This document shows, piece after piece, positions 1 to 12,453 of a stretch of 64,000 bases of DNA (position 1 is the first letter of the stretch; every line of letters starts with the position of its first letter). Under the pieces are notes generated by a model that saw only the letters and a program-made list of their open reading frames with translations, searched no databases and was not told the DNA's origin. A program made the position numbers and the translations under genes. This stretch comes from Amoebidium appalachense (lineage: Eukaryota; Protista; Ichthyosporea), in contig CAVNZM010000004.1 in NCBI GenBank assembly GCA_963693365.1, positions 8,767,968 to 8,831,967 on the forward strand, given 5' to 3'.

Positions 1-427
1 CCGGGGGTTAAAGTTGCAGCAGTAAGCAGAAGCAAGAAAAATATAGATAGGAACTCAGGAGACGGGGCTTCTAGGAAGCTCCCCCGTCGATACCTAAGTC
101 GATACTTCCCTGGCTAACATACTACACCAGCTGAAAAGAATTAAGTCCCGAAGGCCACAGAATTCGTAATCAGAGGGGAAAATATGAGATTTGACCCACG
201 CCGCAGGGTAGTAACACGCTTACTAGGGCGGAACTTTATCGTCTTCGAACGGAAAGCTATGCCCCCGGATGTCAGCCGGAAATATGGTATCACCCATTGC
301 TTTGGGCTTGAAAAAAGCCAAACCGATAGTCCGAGTTATGTTACGCCGGCGGGTAACATGCCGCATGGGTTCCAAGGGAGCTGTCGCCAACAGAGCGGTG
401 TGTGCATGCGTGCGCGTAACGCAATGT
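1..427 (-). mobile_element. Poly(C)-anchored element, subfamily B, 5' portion (continues off window)
   Basis: Matches 27607-28033 with only two substitutions seen; ends in a G-run at 428. Confidence 0.85.
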
Positions 428-498
428 GGGGGGGGGGGGGGGGGGGGGAAGAATGAGAGAGAGATAGAGAGATAGAGGGGGGGGGGGGGGGGGGGGGG

Positions 499-600
499 TT
501 ACCCTGCGGAACACGGTAAGAAGTAAAAGTACACGATGAGAAACACGGTGCAGGACACAGGCAAAAGTAAACATTCAAGTATGCAACTACAGCAACACAG
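499..600 (-). mobile_element. Poly(C)-anchored element, subfamily A, 3' terminal fragment
   Basis: Aligns to 2701-2800 (gcggaacacggta..gtacacgatgaga..ggtgcaggacaca..aaacattcaagtatgcaac); G-runs on both sides. Confidence 0.8.
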
Positions 601-632
601 GGGGTGGGGGGGGGGAGGGGGCAAGCACTGAC

Positions 633-1011
633 CAGCAATTCTCTTTGCGGTGGTATCGTCCAGAGGGTCGAGGAGAGCCTCCCGTTGGAATGTCTCTGCC
701 GTCTCATTGTATTTGTTGGATGTGAGGTATTCGAGTATCGCCTTGTGCCTGTGTGTGTGTGTGCGTGTGCGTGTGCGTGTGCGTGTGTGCGTGTGCGTGT
801 GCGTGCGCACGCGTGTGTATAGTGTGTCTGTGTCTGTGTGTGTGTGTGTGCATGTGCATGTGTGTGTGTGAGTGAGTGTGTGTGTGAAAGCGGGGCAAGA
901 CGGAGTGAGAATGCTATAAGCATAGCTAACATGAACGGAATAACCTGATGTGGACATGAAAAAAAAAAATGTCCGCAAAGACTCAACAGAAGAGCCCATG
1001 TAATTGGGAAG

Positions 1012-1060
<49 letters not shown>

Positions 1061-1435
1061 AGCGTAAGTTCATGTCGGTTCGCCTGCAAGTGCACGTGTG
1101 TGAATCTGCACGTGAAGTTCGAGTGCTTGTCTGTGTCTGCCCTTGCCTTTGCGCATGTCAGTGATGTGCTTCGGTCTGGGGGTGTGTACACGCATGAGTG
1201 CATGCATGTGTGTGTGCGTGGGTGTGTACGTATATGCCTTCTCGGTAAGAGGAGAATGGAATGAGCCATGCCTTGTACTTGTGTGTGTAATGAGGATTGT
1301 GTGTGTACCAGACCTGCTTAGGTGCATTGGTGTACATGTTCAGGACGTCTATGCATGTTCATTTATGCTAGTGCGCTGTGTGTGTGTGTGTCTGTGTGTG
1401 TCTCTCTCTCTCTGTGTGCGTCTGTGTGTCTGTCT

Positions 1436-1466
<31 letters not shown>

Positions 1467-1693
1467 CGCGCGCGTGCATGTGGGTGGGTGCGGTTGTGTG
1501 CCCGTGTGTCTGTGCCTGTAGGTGTGCGTGCACATGTCTGTGTGTGAGAGTGAGTGTGTGTGTGCGTGTGTGCGGGCGGATGTCTTGTTGGTGTGTGCAT
1601 GCCCACAAGTGTGTGTGTGTGTGTATGTGTGTGTGTGTGTGTGCGCGCGCGCCAGTGTGCCTGTGTGCGAGCATGTATGTGTGGTGTGTGCGC

Positions 1694-1743
<50 letters not shown>

Positions 1744-2671
1744 ACGCGCATGCACGGGCATGCCTGCACGCGCGCGCATGTGTGTGCGTGCCGACTTATG
1801 TGCATGTGTGTGTAAGTGTGTGCTTGTATTCATGCAAGCCACCAAGGGAATGTATGGATGTCTGTTTGGCATGCATGGGTGTCTGCAGCTCCGAAACCCT
1901 AGCACATCTCCACCAGGATTTTGTGACACCCATGGACTCAGAAAGAGCGAAAGGGATGGGGAAGAGGAAGAGGGGGGGAAAGAGGGGGGGGGGGGGGGGG
2001 GGGGGTGGCTCATGCACGCATAGGCATGAGTATGCGAGCATATGCCTCTGTGTAAACAGGCATCCCCTCAGAGCCAACGTTGGGTGTGTGTGTGTGTTTT
2101 TTTTTTTTTTGGGGGGGGGGGGGATACGTTACAGAGTACGAATTACATATTCCTAACGGACAACACAAAGCAGAGTGCGAAGTGCACATAAAGAATATGC
2201 ATTATAAAAGGATCCCTACCTCAGGAGGGGCCAATATAATCATAACTACCCCGATTTTCCGGGGGGGAGGGGGGGGGGGGGGGGGGTTTGAATGCGGAAC
2301 ACGGTATGAAGTACGCACACACGAAGGACACATGCAAAGGCAAACATTCAAGTATGCAACATCAGCCATGCGCACAGTATGCGTCACAAGCAGAGCCCAT
2401 CCTCAGGGAGGGCCCAAGTCATCAATTGCGTCTGAGTTTCGACCCCTTAGCCCGCGTATATACGACTCTCCAACTCAGACAGCAGCATCAACTGAACTTG
2501 GGAGGGTCAACCCGTCTTGATCAAAGACGAGCAGGGTTGCTTATGCAAGCAAGGTGAGCAAAACGGTGAATATGTGTGTGCAAACTAATGCAGTGCAGCG
2601 GAAGATGCGTATGTGCTTACAGATGCACGACACAGAGCAACCATGCCCGGTTGCATGGAAGTAAGGCGGTC

Positions 2672-2702
<31 letters not shown>

Positions 2703-3431
2703 GAATGCGGAACACGGTACGAAGTACGCGTACACGATGAGAAGCATGGTGCAGGACACATGCAAAGGCAAACATTCAAGTATGCAACATCAGCCATGCG
2801 CACAGTATGCGTCATAAGCAGAGCCTATCCTCAGGGAGGGCCCAAGTCATCAATTGCGTCTGAGTTTCGACCCCTTAGCCCGCGTATATACGACTCTCCA
2901 ACTCAAACAGCAGCATCAACTGAACTTGGGAAGGTCAACCCGTGGGGAGGTAGGGTATTGATGGAACCTGCCCCGCCTTTCGAGATCCCCCTCCCCCTCC
3001 CCCCCTCTGTTCACCCCTCAAACACACACACATACACAAAAACAACAAAAGAAAACCCCCAAAACACACAGTGCTGTAAGCCAAGAAAACTCACAAACGC
3101 TTGCATACACGCACACGCACGCACGCTCACAGGTACACAAAGACACACCCGACATTCGCACCCATGCCCGTACACACACACACACAGACCACACGCCTCA
3201 CATGTCACAATGCAGGCACATGTCAGTCACACCCGACGTGATTCACTCAGTGCCACAATACATACGTGCTTACCCTGTGAAATCACACGAACACACAGAC
3301 AAAGGAGACCACCACACATCACGAAGTGATGACAAAAACAAACATGGACATAAAAACCAGACCACAGAACAGCAGAGAATCACTTTGTCACCAACACAGA
3401 AGCTAATATCGACATAGCTATCACATAAAGC

Positions 3432-3472
<41 letters not shown>

Positions 3473-3486
3473 ATAAAGAAAAAAGG

Positions 3487-3519
<33 letters not shown>

Positions 3520-4274
3520 TGTGTGTGTGTGTGTGGGTGGGGGGGTGGGGGGGGGGGGGGGGGGGGGGGGGGGGAAGGGAGGCTAGGGAAGGGAAGGGAG
3601 AAAGCAGAACTCCAAGAAACGTGCAACTGAGTGCACAGGCGCATGAGTGCACACATGCATACACACAAAGCACGTACACACAGGTACCAATACAGGAACG
3701 TGCATACACACGGGCACATGCGCACACATACCAACAGAAACGCCTTCACCCAAGAGCACAACAGAAAGTAGTACAACTGCACAAACGTCGCGTTACGCTC
3801 ACACCAGCAACGGAAACCATAAGGACAAGCTTAAGGAAGTTTGTGTCTGCCTGCATGCCTGTGTTTGTGTGTGTGGAGGGCGGAGAGTGGGGGGGGGGGG
3901 GGGGGAAGGAGGGGGGGGGGTCTAATCCACACACACACGCACGCGCGAGTGCACATGCATTGCACGCACACACATACGCACACACGCACAGACGCACACA
4001 CGCGCGTGCGCGCAACACACACACACACACACGTGCGCGCACACACACAGAGACAGACGTGTGAGCACACACACACATTCACACACGCACACGCACACAC
4101 AGACATATAAAGACGCAAGCTACGTGCACCCAGGACCGCAAACCCACTGGTCCAGAAAAGCGTCATGATTGCAACCACATGAGCCAACCATGCAACCAAA
4201 GGAAGAGAGGGGGGGGGGGGGAAGAGGGGGAGCGGCACATACAGCTCTTCTTGCTGCTTGCCGGAGAGAACCAT
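633..4274 (-). CDS. PAFAH1B1: Lissencephaly-1 homolog, 5' part (exon 1 4243-4274, exon 2 633-748); gene continues beyond the left edge
   Basis: The spliced product [50 protein letters not shown] matches the LIS1 N-terminal LisH region (human MVLSQRQRDELNRAIADYL...KKYAG). GT-AG sites give a consistent frame, and the first intron falls after coding nt 32 as in animals. Confidence 0.9.
2128..2237 (-). mobile_element. Poly(C)-anchored element, degenerate subfamily B 3' fragment
   Basis: gtacgaa..aacggacaacac..gcagagtgc..cacataaaga.tatgca..cctcagg..ggcc aligns to 27345-27460 and 30073-30169. Confidence 0.65.
2287..2943 (-). mobile_element. Two head-to-tail subfamily A copies (2287-2671 and 2701-2943) separated by a G-run
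   Basis: Near-identical to each other and to 30947-31287. Both start at G-run+ttgaatgcggaac and stop at different points. Confidence 0.9.
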
Positions 4275-5710
4275 GGCTTCCACAACCTCGCGCCGTGTTA
4301 GCAGCGAGGTCTCTTAGTCTCCCCTCCAGCTTTCTAACCTCCTTCCCTTCAACGCTGAACCATACCTCTTGGAAAAAACTACAGAACCATTCCCAGCAGG
4401 AAAGCCACTAAAGAATCAGAATATATCAAGGAAATCAGGACTTTTTTGAAGTGTGGAAGTGGCAGGGAAATGCGCCTAGGTAGAAGTGATATGTCTTTTC
4501 TCGGTGTGTGAAGATGCAACGGCACCCATCAGGCTTAGTTTTAGAGCCCCTTGAACCCGAGCAACACCTGTTATTACTTCACCTCACAGCTTATAGGTAT
4601 CGATTCGCAGCCAAAATGAGTAAAAGCAGGCTTCTCCTACTTCATACTATGCATACTGTATCAACTAACAAGATTTGCCGCTTCAATTCTGCGCGCCCCT
4701 CACAAGCAAAAATAAAACGCATAGTTCAAGTGACACTTCTCCCAAGAGTTATGAACTTCCAACGGCAGGATTTGCGCGTTATCCCCTTCCTAGGTGACGA
4801 CACTTAGCGTGTGTACTATTCCGGTCATGCTATTTTGCAATTCTGCACAAAACATTTAGAATCCCCCCTTAAACTAGGGGTTTTTACTTTGTCAAAATAT
4901 ATGTGTTGGAATCACCAAAGGGTAGATAACTGGTGACGTCATCTGTACGTGACGTTTTTTCCCCTGCACCGACTTACCTACGGATTCAAGAGTGTTACAG
5001 GCAGTCAATGAGGAATTGTTGGGGACAGGTTGGAAATTCGAAGAACTTCTAATAGTGAATTCACATAGTAGTGAAAGAGCGTGTGTGGCTTTTACACAGC
5101 TTGCGTATTGGTTCCTGAATCTTATGGTTGGGGCAGGAACGGCTTTGGGGACAGGATCGGAGAAGGCTTTTCTCGACAACATCAAGCTTTAAGTTGCTCA
5201 TGATTTATTTAGTTGCTCATGATCGTGCACGGTTTCCCTGCTTGAATTAATCATTGCATGGGGGCCCATTAAATACGAACTGTTGCTTTCTGACGCTTGG
5301 CCATGTGGTGCCTGGAGAAATCTTATCTTGGTGGTGTGGCATACATTTACCTGGGGGTAGGCTTGATGGTCTTTTTTTGAAAAGGTGCCACAAGTTGTTT
5401 AAAGTTTCTTGTGGTGCCTAGATCAGGCTCAGAGTCTATTATTACACTGCAATTGTGGAGCGAGGAAGGAGGCCACAGTCAGGCTATCGGTTGGGGAGTG
5501 GGCGGGAGGAAAGGAAATCGGAAGGGGAGAGGGGGGAGGGGTTGAGGGGAGGGGGTTCAAACGAAATGCACGAACTGGCATGCGTGGCAAGATCCATGGC
5601 CTCTGCCGAAGCTTATCCAGTCCCGGAAAATAATAGTTTCTCGTACTCGGTAAGCACGGAGTGCTCGAGAATCTTTCCGGGAGGGGGGAGGGGGAGAGGG
5701 TGGTTAGGAT

Positions 5711-5797
5711 TTGATATGTAGTATGATGTACACAATCATAACGGACAACACAGTCGGTTGCACACCACACATATACGAGTATGCATATATAATAAGA

Positions 5798-5800
<3 letters not shown>
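5711..5800 (-). mobile_element. Degenerate subfamily B 3' fragment
   Basis: gtatgatgtacac..aacggacaacac..cacacata..gagtatgcata resembles 30090-30160. Confidence 0.5.
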
Positions 5801-5834
<34 letters not shown>

Positions 5835-6226
5835 CTTACATCGCGCCTACTTGCACACATGAACCCTTCCATTCTAGCGCAGTTTCAGCTGCAGACGATT
5901 TATTGTCCACACGGTGTCTCAAAGACCAGAAAACACATTTCTGTACATCAAGATATATGAATACCTCTACCACAGACCGAAAGTTATTGCCTAGGAAAAG
6001 GTCTCCTGGTAAAAAACATGTTCATTCAAGTTAAGATCTTTCGCGTGCTCGAGCGTCGTTAAAGTTGGCCTTACTGACATTCAGCGGAAGGCGCACATTC
6101 GGAATTCGTCGGGAATTGTCTAAGGGCCTTCTAATCATCATTGGTGGCAATATGCTATAAAAGCACAGTACACGATAGGCTCTCAACGACCAATTTAAAA
6201 TTTACGACATGGCCCTGAGATAAACC

Positions 6227-7309
6227 TTAGCTGGCCATTCGCCCCGTGTGCACACGCGGTTGGCTTTCAGCTACACTACTCAAAGTATGTGAGAAAACAA
6301 CCCCCATAAAGCTACCGTTGGAGCGGCACGACGATGCAGTTGTCGTCATAAACAGCTCGCACAGCTGGGCCGCATGGGTTCTCTTTGCGTCGACCTGTGC
6401 CGTCAAACCTTCCTGCTGCTGCAAAAGCATAACCAGCCGAAGAGATTTCCGTTCAAGCAGCGCTTTCATGTGCTCGTGAAGGTCTATCAATTCCTCGCTT
6501 GTGAGGTCGAATAGGGGTTTAGGGGAAAGCGAAGAAGGGAAGAATTCCTCCTGTATTTCTGCCGACGAGTATACTTGGAGGGAACTGCACGAGTGCCGCT
6601 TTGTTCGCACATCCCGAGTCAGTTCGGGGGATAGGGACGAGCAAGGAGAAAGTGCAGGCGACGGGGGCGCAGACACGATGGGCGTGCTGACTTTGGGTGG
6701 ATCGCTGTTGCGTTTTTTCAAGCTTTTTAGAGCTTTTGACCTTAGTAATACCGGTGTTGTAAAGGTACTCTGGGACACAGTGAGTGAACTCGGCAACGAC
6801 TGTGTTTGCACTTTCCCATTTCCAAACCGCCGCTGCTGGAACAAGGCACGAGCCTTTTCGCGGCTGGTCAATAACCCTGTATCTTCTGAATCCTTCCGTG
6901 CTTTGCATTTTCCAGCTTCGAATACAGCCGGTGGCCTTGGGGTATTAAGCTCAGAACCACGACTCTCGGTAGACAAAGTCGGGGATGCAGCAACGAGGTC
7001 CTTAATTTTCGATAGAGGTGACCAGGTAATCACGTTGGAGGTATGCGTACCCTCCTGTTCTTCGGCCCGTTGCTGGCATTCGCACTCTCCTGGGCACATG
7101 CGTGAAGTCATGCCTCTGTATTTGGAAAGGCACACGGGGTGCACCTGTTGGCGCACGAACGGGCAATCTACACATCTGCAAACCGGAATAAGACTGGAAG
7201 ACGAATTATGGGCGACCTTCTCGCATAAATGGCAAACATCTTGTGCTGGGGAGAGGTCTACTTGTGTAAACTCCTCAGACGGAAGAGTAGTCAACACTCT
7301 ACTGCCCAT
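6227..7309 (-). CDS. Intronless 360-aa protein: N-terminal RINGv-like zinc finger, Ser/Pro-rich linker, C-terminal FEZ/SCHIP1-like coiled coil
   Basis: Clean ATG-to-stop ORF in non-repetitive sequence. The CHLC...LIPVCRC...VHPVCL...CPGEC spacing resembles C4HC3 RING-CH. The heptad segment is LFDLTSEELIDLHEHMKALLERKSLRLVMLLQQQEGLTAQVDAKRTHAAQL. Domain calls were made by eye. Confidence 0.7.
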   Translation of the reverse strand: MGSRVLTTLPSEEFTQVDLSPAQDVCHLCEKVAHNSSSSLIPVCRCVDCPFVRQQVHPVCLSKYRGMTSRMCPGECECQQRAEEQEGTHTSNVITWSPLSKIKDLVAASPTLSTESRGSELNTPRPPAVFEAGKCKARKDSEDTGLLTSREKARALFQQRRFGNGKVQTQSLPSSLTVSQSTFTTPVLLRSKALKSLKKRNSDPPKVSTPIVSAPPSPALSPCSSLSPELTRDVRTKRHSCSSLQVYSSAEIQEEFFPSSLSPKPLFDLTSEELIDLHEHMKALLERKSLRLVMLLQQQEGLTAQVDAKRTHAAQLCELFMTTTASSCRSNGSFMGVVFSHTLSSVAESQPRVHTGRMAS

Positions 7310-9526
7310 TCTGGGTGTTGGGTCTATAGCACTAGATTTCTATAAATAATAATAATATGCCGAAAGCTTGGGTTCTATTTTATTTCATCAACACGCTAAA
7401 CAAACGCCGTGGGTTTGCTTTTACACAACAGAACAATATTGATGTATTGACGACACTATACTAAGGTGGGCACACAACAAAACTAACGCTCAACAAACTA
7501 AAGGTAAATGGTGACAGATATAATGTTGGGGTAACTTGGAGTCAAAACAGTTGAACGCACTTATCTTGTTTTTGACCGCTTACAGAGACTCTCAGGTTCA
7601 CGGCCCCGTACCAAACAACGAGAACACCCCGCCAAGACCACACACATGACTTATAACTAATCGTCAAATGGATTTGGTTCGGACAAAGCATATTGCCAAT
7701 CACATGAGGCTTGCCGAGCATCCCCCAATAACAAGTGTAGCCCCCTCACTTGCATGATATTTTACCCACAGACTACTGGTGGTTATGTTCCGGCATTTTG
7801 TTGATTTAAAAGTTAACTTGATGAGCATACATATGTTATGATTTTTCTAGACCAGACCAGGGTTGGATAAGTAGCATACTCATAATAATAAACATAGTCC
7901 ATAAAGCTCGTTGTTATGTAGCTTTGACTATTTAATTTATCCGTCTCGCTGACCTCAAACATGATCTCGAGATCTTAAAGCAAAAAGGAGTTCCAATGAA
8001 ATTTTTATATATAGATCTCCATTACAAAGGGCATTGCCTCAGAGCTTCGGTCTCTATCCGCCAATCGGCGGCAAGCAGAAATCCCCCCTGTCCCTGGAAA
8101 TCCGAACATGCGTAAAGTAAAGCAACATTTTGAGAAATGGTTCTATTTAATTAATAATATCAACTATTCCAAACAGAAATAACTATTATCAGATAACACA
8201 AAATACTTAAATAAACGTGATGTAAATCTAAGCGTGCGAGCTCTACACAGTACTGTAGGAGGAACTCCTATTCCCGAAAAAGTCTTTCGGCGAAGCCTGT
8301 GGCTGCACGGTGGCTTCATTTGATCAACTTGATTGCAACTGATCCCGGCATAAATCCCAGCCAAAAGAAAAAAAGAACTTTGGCTTGCCTGGGGTGAAAC
8401 ACAACATGATGTATGATCCTGGGAGATCGTACATTTTCTGGTGCCTCATCGACTCGTGATTGGCTTGCGTCGTGGTCCTCGAGAAATCCGTGATCCTGAC
8501 GCGGGTGACGTTTCTTGCGAAGTTCAGACAAAACAAAAATTGCCCCATTTCACTCCTCCGTTTTCTCTACATCCTCAATATACTCTCTATGTATACTGAG
8601 TACAGCACATGCTGGATGATTATGTCGATTTTCCCTCTCTTGGAAAGTCCCGGTGGTTAGCAGAACTCGTCCGCAGCCGAGAGTGATTTCATTGGCCATC
8701 CCTGGTTTTGGCGGTTGGAACTTGGGGCAGGCCAAGAGCTCGAGCGGTTCGGCCGCGATGATGTCCGGCAGGACGCCGACGGTCTCAGAGTGGCACTGCC
8801 GGACAGGAGGCCTTGCTCACAAATCAGAGTCCGCTGACGGTTAGCGTAAGAGTGCAGACATTTAATTACAACGTAGGCTACACTATCCTCCACCACCTTT
8901 GGTTAGATATAGTTTTTCGATATATCACGTCAATACTGACGTTGAGATCTAGTCAAGCAGTTGTTACTTGGAGTACTTGTGACGATTTTGGAGCTCAGAC
9001 TACCAAGAATTTGGCCAAGAACCTGAGCTCACATGTACAGGCTTTTTCTGGTCTTTTTTTTTGAGTAAACCTGGTATGGCTTGGTGCGCATATGCATGTG
9101 AGTGACATTATAGCTTATCTTTGCAGTGATGCCGTTGCCAGTGCACCAGCAGTCTCGCGTTCACCCGGACCGTTCCAAACCTCTCTATACGCTACGTAGA
9201 TCTTCGTCAGGGGCTTGATACTGTCTACGTATCATATACTATATACTCACCATAAAATTTCTTCAAATGAACAACTTAAATATGAAAAAGGCACAGGCAT
9301 GGGCACTCGCTGGACGGCCATTGATACATGACTCGCATATGACAGTGAAGTCGGCCTCCCAAGGCTCCCTGATTCATTAGCCTAGCCGCACACAGTTGTC
9401 CCAGTCGAGTTTGCAAATATGTAATCAAGACCATGCCATGTACACGGCAAGGCACACGTACGCGTAGGTGCACGTGTGGCGGCAGGCAACTCGAGCTCTG
9501 CTTTTCCACAGACAATCACGCCACCC

Positions 9527-9567
<41 letters not shown>

Positions 9568-10190
9568 CGCTACCCCCTAGTCTTGACGCGTGTAAGCCTC
9601 TCCTCCACCTATATAGTGCGATGCACATCTATAGCCAGAACTTTAACTCCGGCAGGTTTACTACTAGCGTATACGATACGGCGAGAAATTTCTTGGAAAT
9701 GGTTGACCAGTAAGTAGAAAGCAACGAGTTGGGTAGCACGGATCATATTGTTTACACTGGTCAACGTTGGTAATACGGTGTGACATAGGGGTCGAGCCAT
9801 CTGGGTGAATGCACGGCGAGTCCTTGCTGATCATAGAGCTGCACCACAGGAGCCCCGGGCAGAGAAGCCTTAAGCTTAGACAACCGTACAGTAGCCCGAG
9901 AGGAGGGTGACACAGGGGGTGGGGAAAGATCATGATTCCGGGGAGGTGTATAAGAACAGGTCAATGCCTACCCCAAGCAACCCATTGGTTTAAAAGGCTG
10001 CAAGCCTTAAATACAGAGAATCAATAGTTAAGAGCAATGAGCCGAAGTATTAAGGTTTTAGGGGGTTCAAATTTGTGTAAGCCAGTGCTTCTTGCACCTC
10101 CATTTTTGGGGTGCATGAGGTTTTCGGAAACTAAATACGAAAAGCACCGTTTCTCAGCCAAGGCGGCCCTGCAGAGCCAGGCCCCCAGGC

Positions 10191-10540
10191 CAGGGATGTG
10201 GTGACTTGACTCAGAGTCATGACTTAAAGTCAAATAAGCTCCTGACTTTGCCAAGTCAAGTCGAGCCACCAGGCAGGACATATGGGTGACTTTGTAAGGG
10301 GTGGGGAGGGGAGGGGAGAGAAAAGGGGAGGGTGGGGGGGGAAAGGGGGAGGGGGGTCGGAGATGTCCCTCCCCCTCTCGGCGACCCCGGCGGCGCCTCC
10401 AAAAAGGTTACTATATTTAGCAATAAGTCACTAAAGTCGCGTGACTTGAGTCAGACCCCCCTAAGTCACGACTTCCAGTCAATTCAAGTCAACAACCTCG
10501 ACAATCAAATATGATTATAAGTCAATTCACTGACTGACTG
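10191..10540. mobile_element. Non-autonomous hAT-like DNA transposon (MITE), 350 bp
   Basis: Perfect 8-bp direct repeat CCCCAGGC at 10183-10190 and 10541-10548. Imperfect 20-bp terminal inverted repeats start with CAG (cagggatgtggtgacttgac versus reverse complement cagtcagtcagtgaattgac). Many subterminal GACTT/AAGTC motifs. Confidence 0.8.
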
Positions 10541-10995
10541 CCCCAGGCGCTTACGTAAGGAGGCCTATTGTGATTGGATTATACGGCTCTCGCTGCAGAA
10601 CTAACCAATCATGCTGGGGTGCCATGATCACTTCCATGACCGTGGCACTTCACCAGCTCACGTTACAAACTCTCCAGTTGGATTCTGTGGAGTACAGTAC
10701 TGTAGTTCTGTTGCTTGATGCTTGAACATCGGCTGGGCAAAACATTTTTTTTTGCTGTTTCTGCACATTATATTATCAGAACAAATGGTGGATATATAAT
10801 AACAACTAAGCTTGCCAACTATAGTTGGTAGGCTTCTTTCAGCCCAGACTTTGCTTCTTTCAGCCCAGACTTTGCTGTCGTTAACAACAGTGTTTTGTTG
10901 TTGCCATTTTCCTTGACATCTTTGCATGACCCTTGGAAGGCGCGCGCGATAAATAGAAGTGCTTGAAAACCCTCTTAGTTCTTGGTTGCAAAACC

Positions 10996-12453
10996 ATGGC
11001 TCCTCCTGCTCTTGATGCTGAACAGCAAGTCTCTGCCAGTTTTGTGAGACAGGCAGGGATTCACGCACTAGATGACGCTGTCATGGCACTGATTTTCTCC
11101 CACCTTTCCAGGCAAGACCGCATCACATGTTCTATGGTGTCAAAGAGATGGTGCAGCCTCACGCGCTCTATTATTACACAACACCGTCTAAATTCAACGC
11201 AAGTTTCCCGCGCTCTTCTCCTTCGTGGCATAGCTGCCTGGGCGCAATGCATCCGCTCGCTCGACCTTACCACAGCACATGTCAAGGCATGATCCAGGAT
11301 ACAACTATGTTTACGTGAGCGAGGTCTTACGGTCTGTGCTTTCATTTTGCCGGAGTCTCCGACGCCTTATCTTTGACCACGTTGACTCTGCAACCCTTCG
11401 TGTCATCTCCATGAACGCCCCCCAGATTGAGTCCATTTCTCTCAACTGCGACCCAAGCGGCAGCTTACCCAAGACAACGTCAACTTGGCTCCCCTTGCCA
11501 TCTGCACGGAGATAACGGAGCTCTTCGTAACAACCAACGGGAACTACCCTCTTCTGGTGAGCAACTGGGACGCGCTGACACGCCTGTCAAAACTCAACAG
11601 CCTTACAATCTCGGCGCGCATAGCTACAGATGCAGCAACCACAGCCATTGCACAGTGTGTCAAGCTCACCAAGTTGGTGTGTCGGGGAGGTGACCTAACT
11701 AGCTCAGCGACCCTCACCCACCTGTCTACGCTCGGCTGCGACGGCTACCACCCCCCAAGTGACCTTTCCCTGTGGCCAATCACCGAAGTAGTGCTCTGGG
11801 GTGGGCCTGGTTCGAATGGACTTGACTTCCTTACCACTGCACCCCGCCTTCGTGCAGTCACCTTGCAGGGCTGCACGGTCGCGGACTTTGCCGTCATTTC
11901 GCGCTGTGTTGAGTTGACCCGCCTTGTTCTTCTGCCCAGTTATTTATCTGCGCAGCACATGGGTCCCCCAAAGGTTGACCTGGACTTTCTTTCGACGTGT
12001 ACAAATCTGGCACACCTTCACGTGAAATCCATATACCTGGACTCCATCGCAGGGCTGAGGTCATGCACACAACTCACGGACATCACCTTCGAGGACTCTA
12101 CCAAACCACTTGACCTAGCGGTCCTTGCCCAATGTGCACAGCTGATAAGTGTGTGTCTGTCGATGTGCCCCCTCATAACAGACATAGGCCCCTTGTCACG
12201 TGTGACCAGCCTCAAGAAGATTTCTCTCGATAGAGCTATATCCGTGTGTGACCTCTCTCCCCTCTTCTCCTGTGTCGAGCTTCAAGAGGTCTCCATTACA
12301 GGCTGCAGTAGTTACCCCAAGGGGAAGTCTATTCTGTGCCGCCTGCCCGCGCCCAACTTTGTCAAGTTGGGGCCTAAGCGCTATTTCACGTCTGACCTCG
12401 ACAGCCTTACCAAGCATGTGAAAGGAAACGGTGGGAGAGTGTGTTTGGTCTGA
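10996..12453 (+). pseudogene. F-box/leucine-rich-repeat gene interrupted by two compensating frameshifts (pseudogene or assembly indels)
   Basis: F-box motif IHALDDAVMALIFSHLSRQDRITCSMVSKRW in 10996-11292. LRR-like text continues in the +1 frame (about 11280-11452: LRSVLSFCRSLRRLIF...) and returns to the original frame (about 11452-12453) with repeated LxxCxxLxxL units. Confidence 0.75.

Noticed and set aside
184-456. Repeated 90-126 aa ORF MRFDPRRRVV... (also 27790-28170), and ORFs such as 2613-3329
   Set aside because: These are antisense to the structured strand of the repeat, run into G tracts and show no RT or endonuclease motif.
4892-5192. Short ORFs on both strands upstream of LIS1
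   Set aside because: No recognisable motif or splice context.
6501-7349. 282-aa plus-strand ORF
   Set aside because: Antisense shadow of the 6227-7309 gene.
8100-9960. Possible transposase or APE endonuclease relic (for example MHIYSQNFNSG near 9620)
   Set aside because: Only a few residues resemble the motif, followed by multiple stops.
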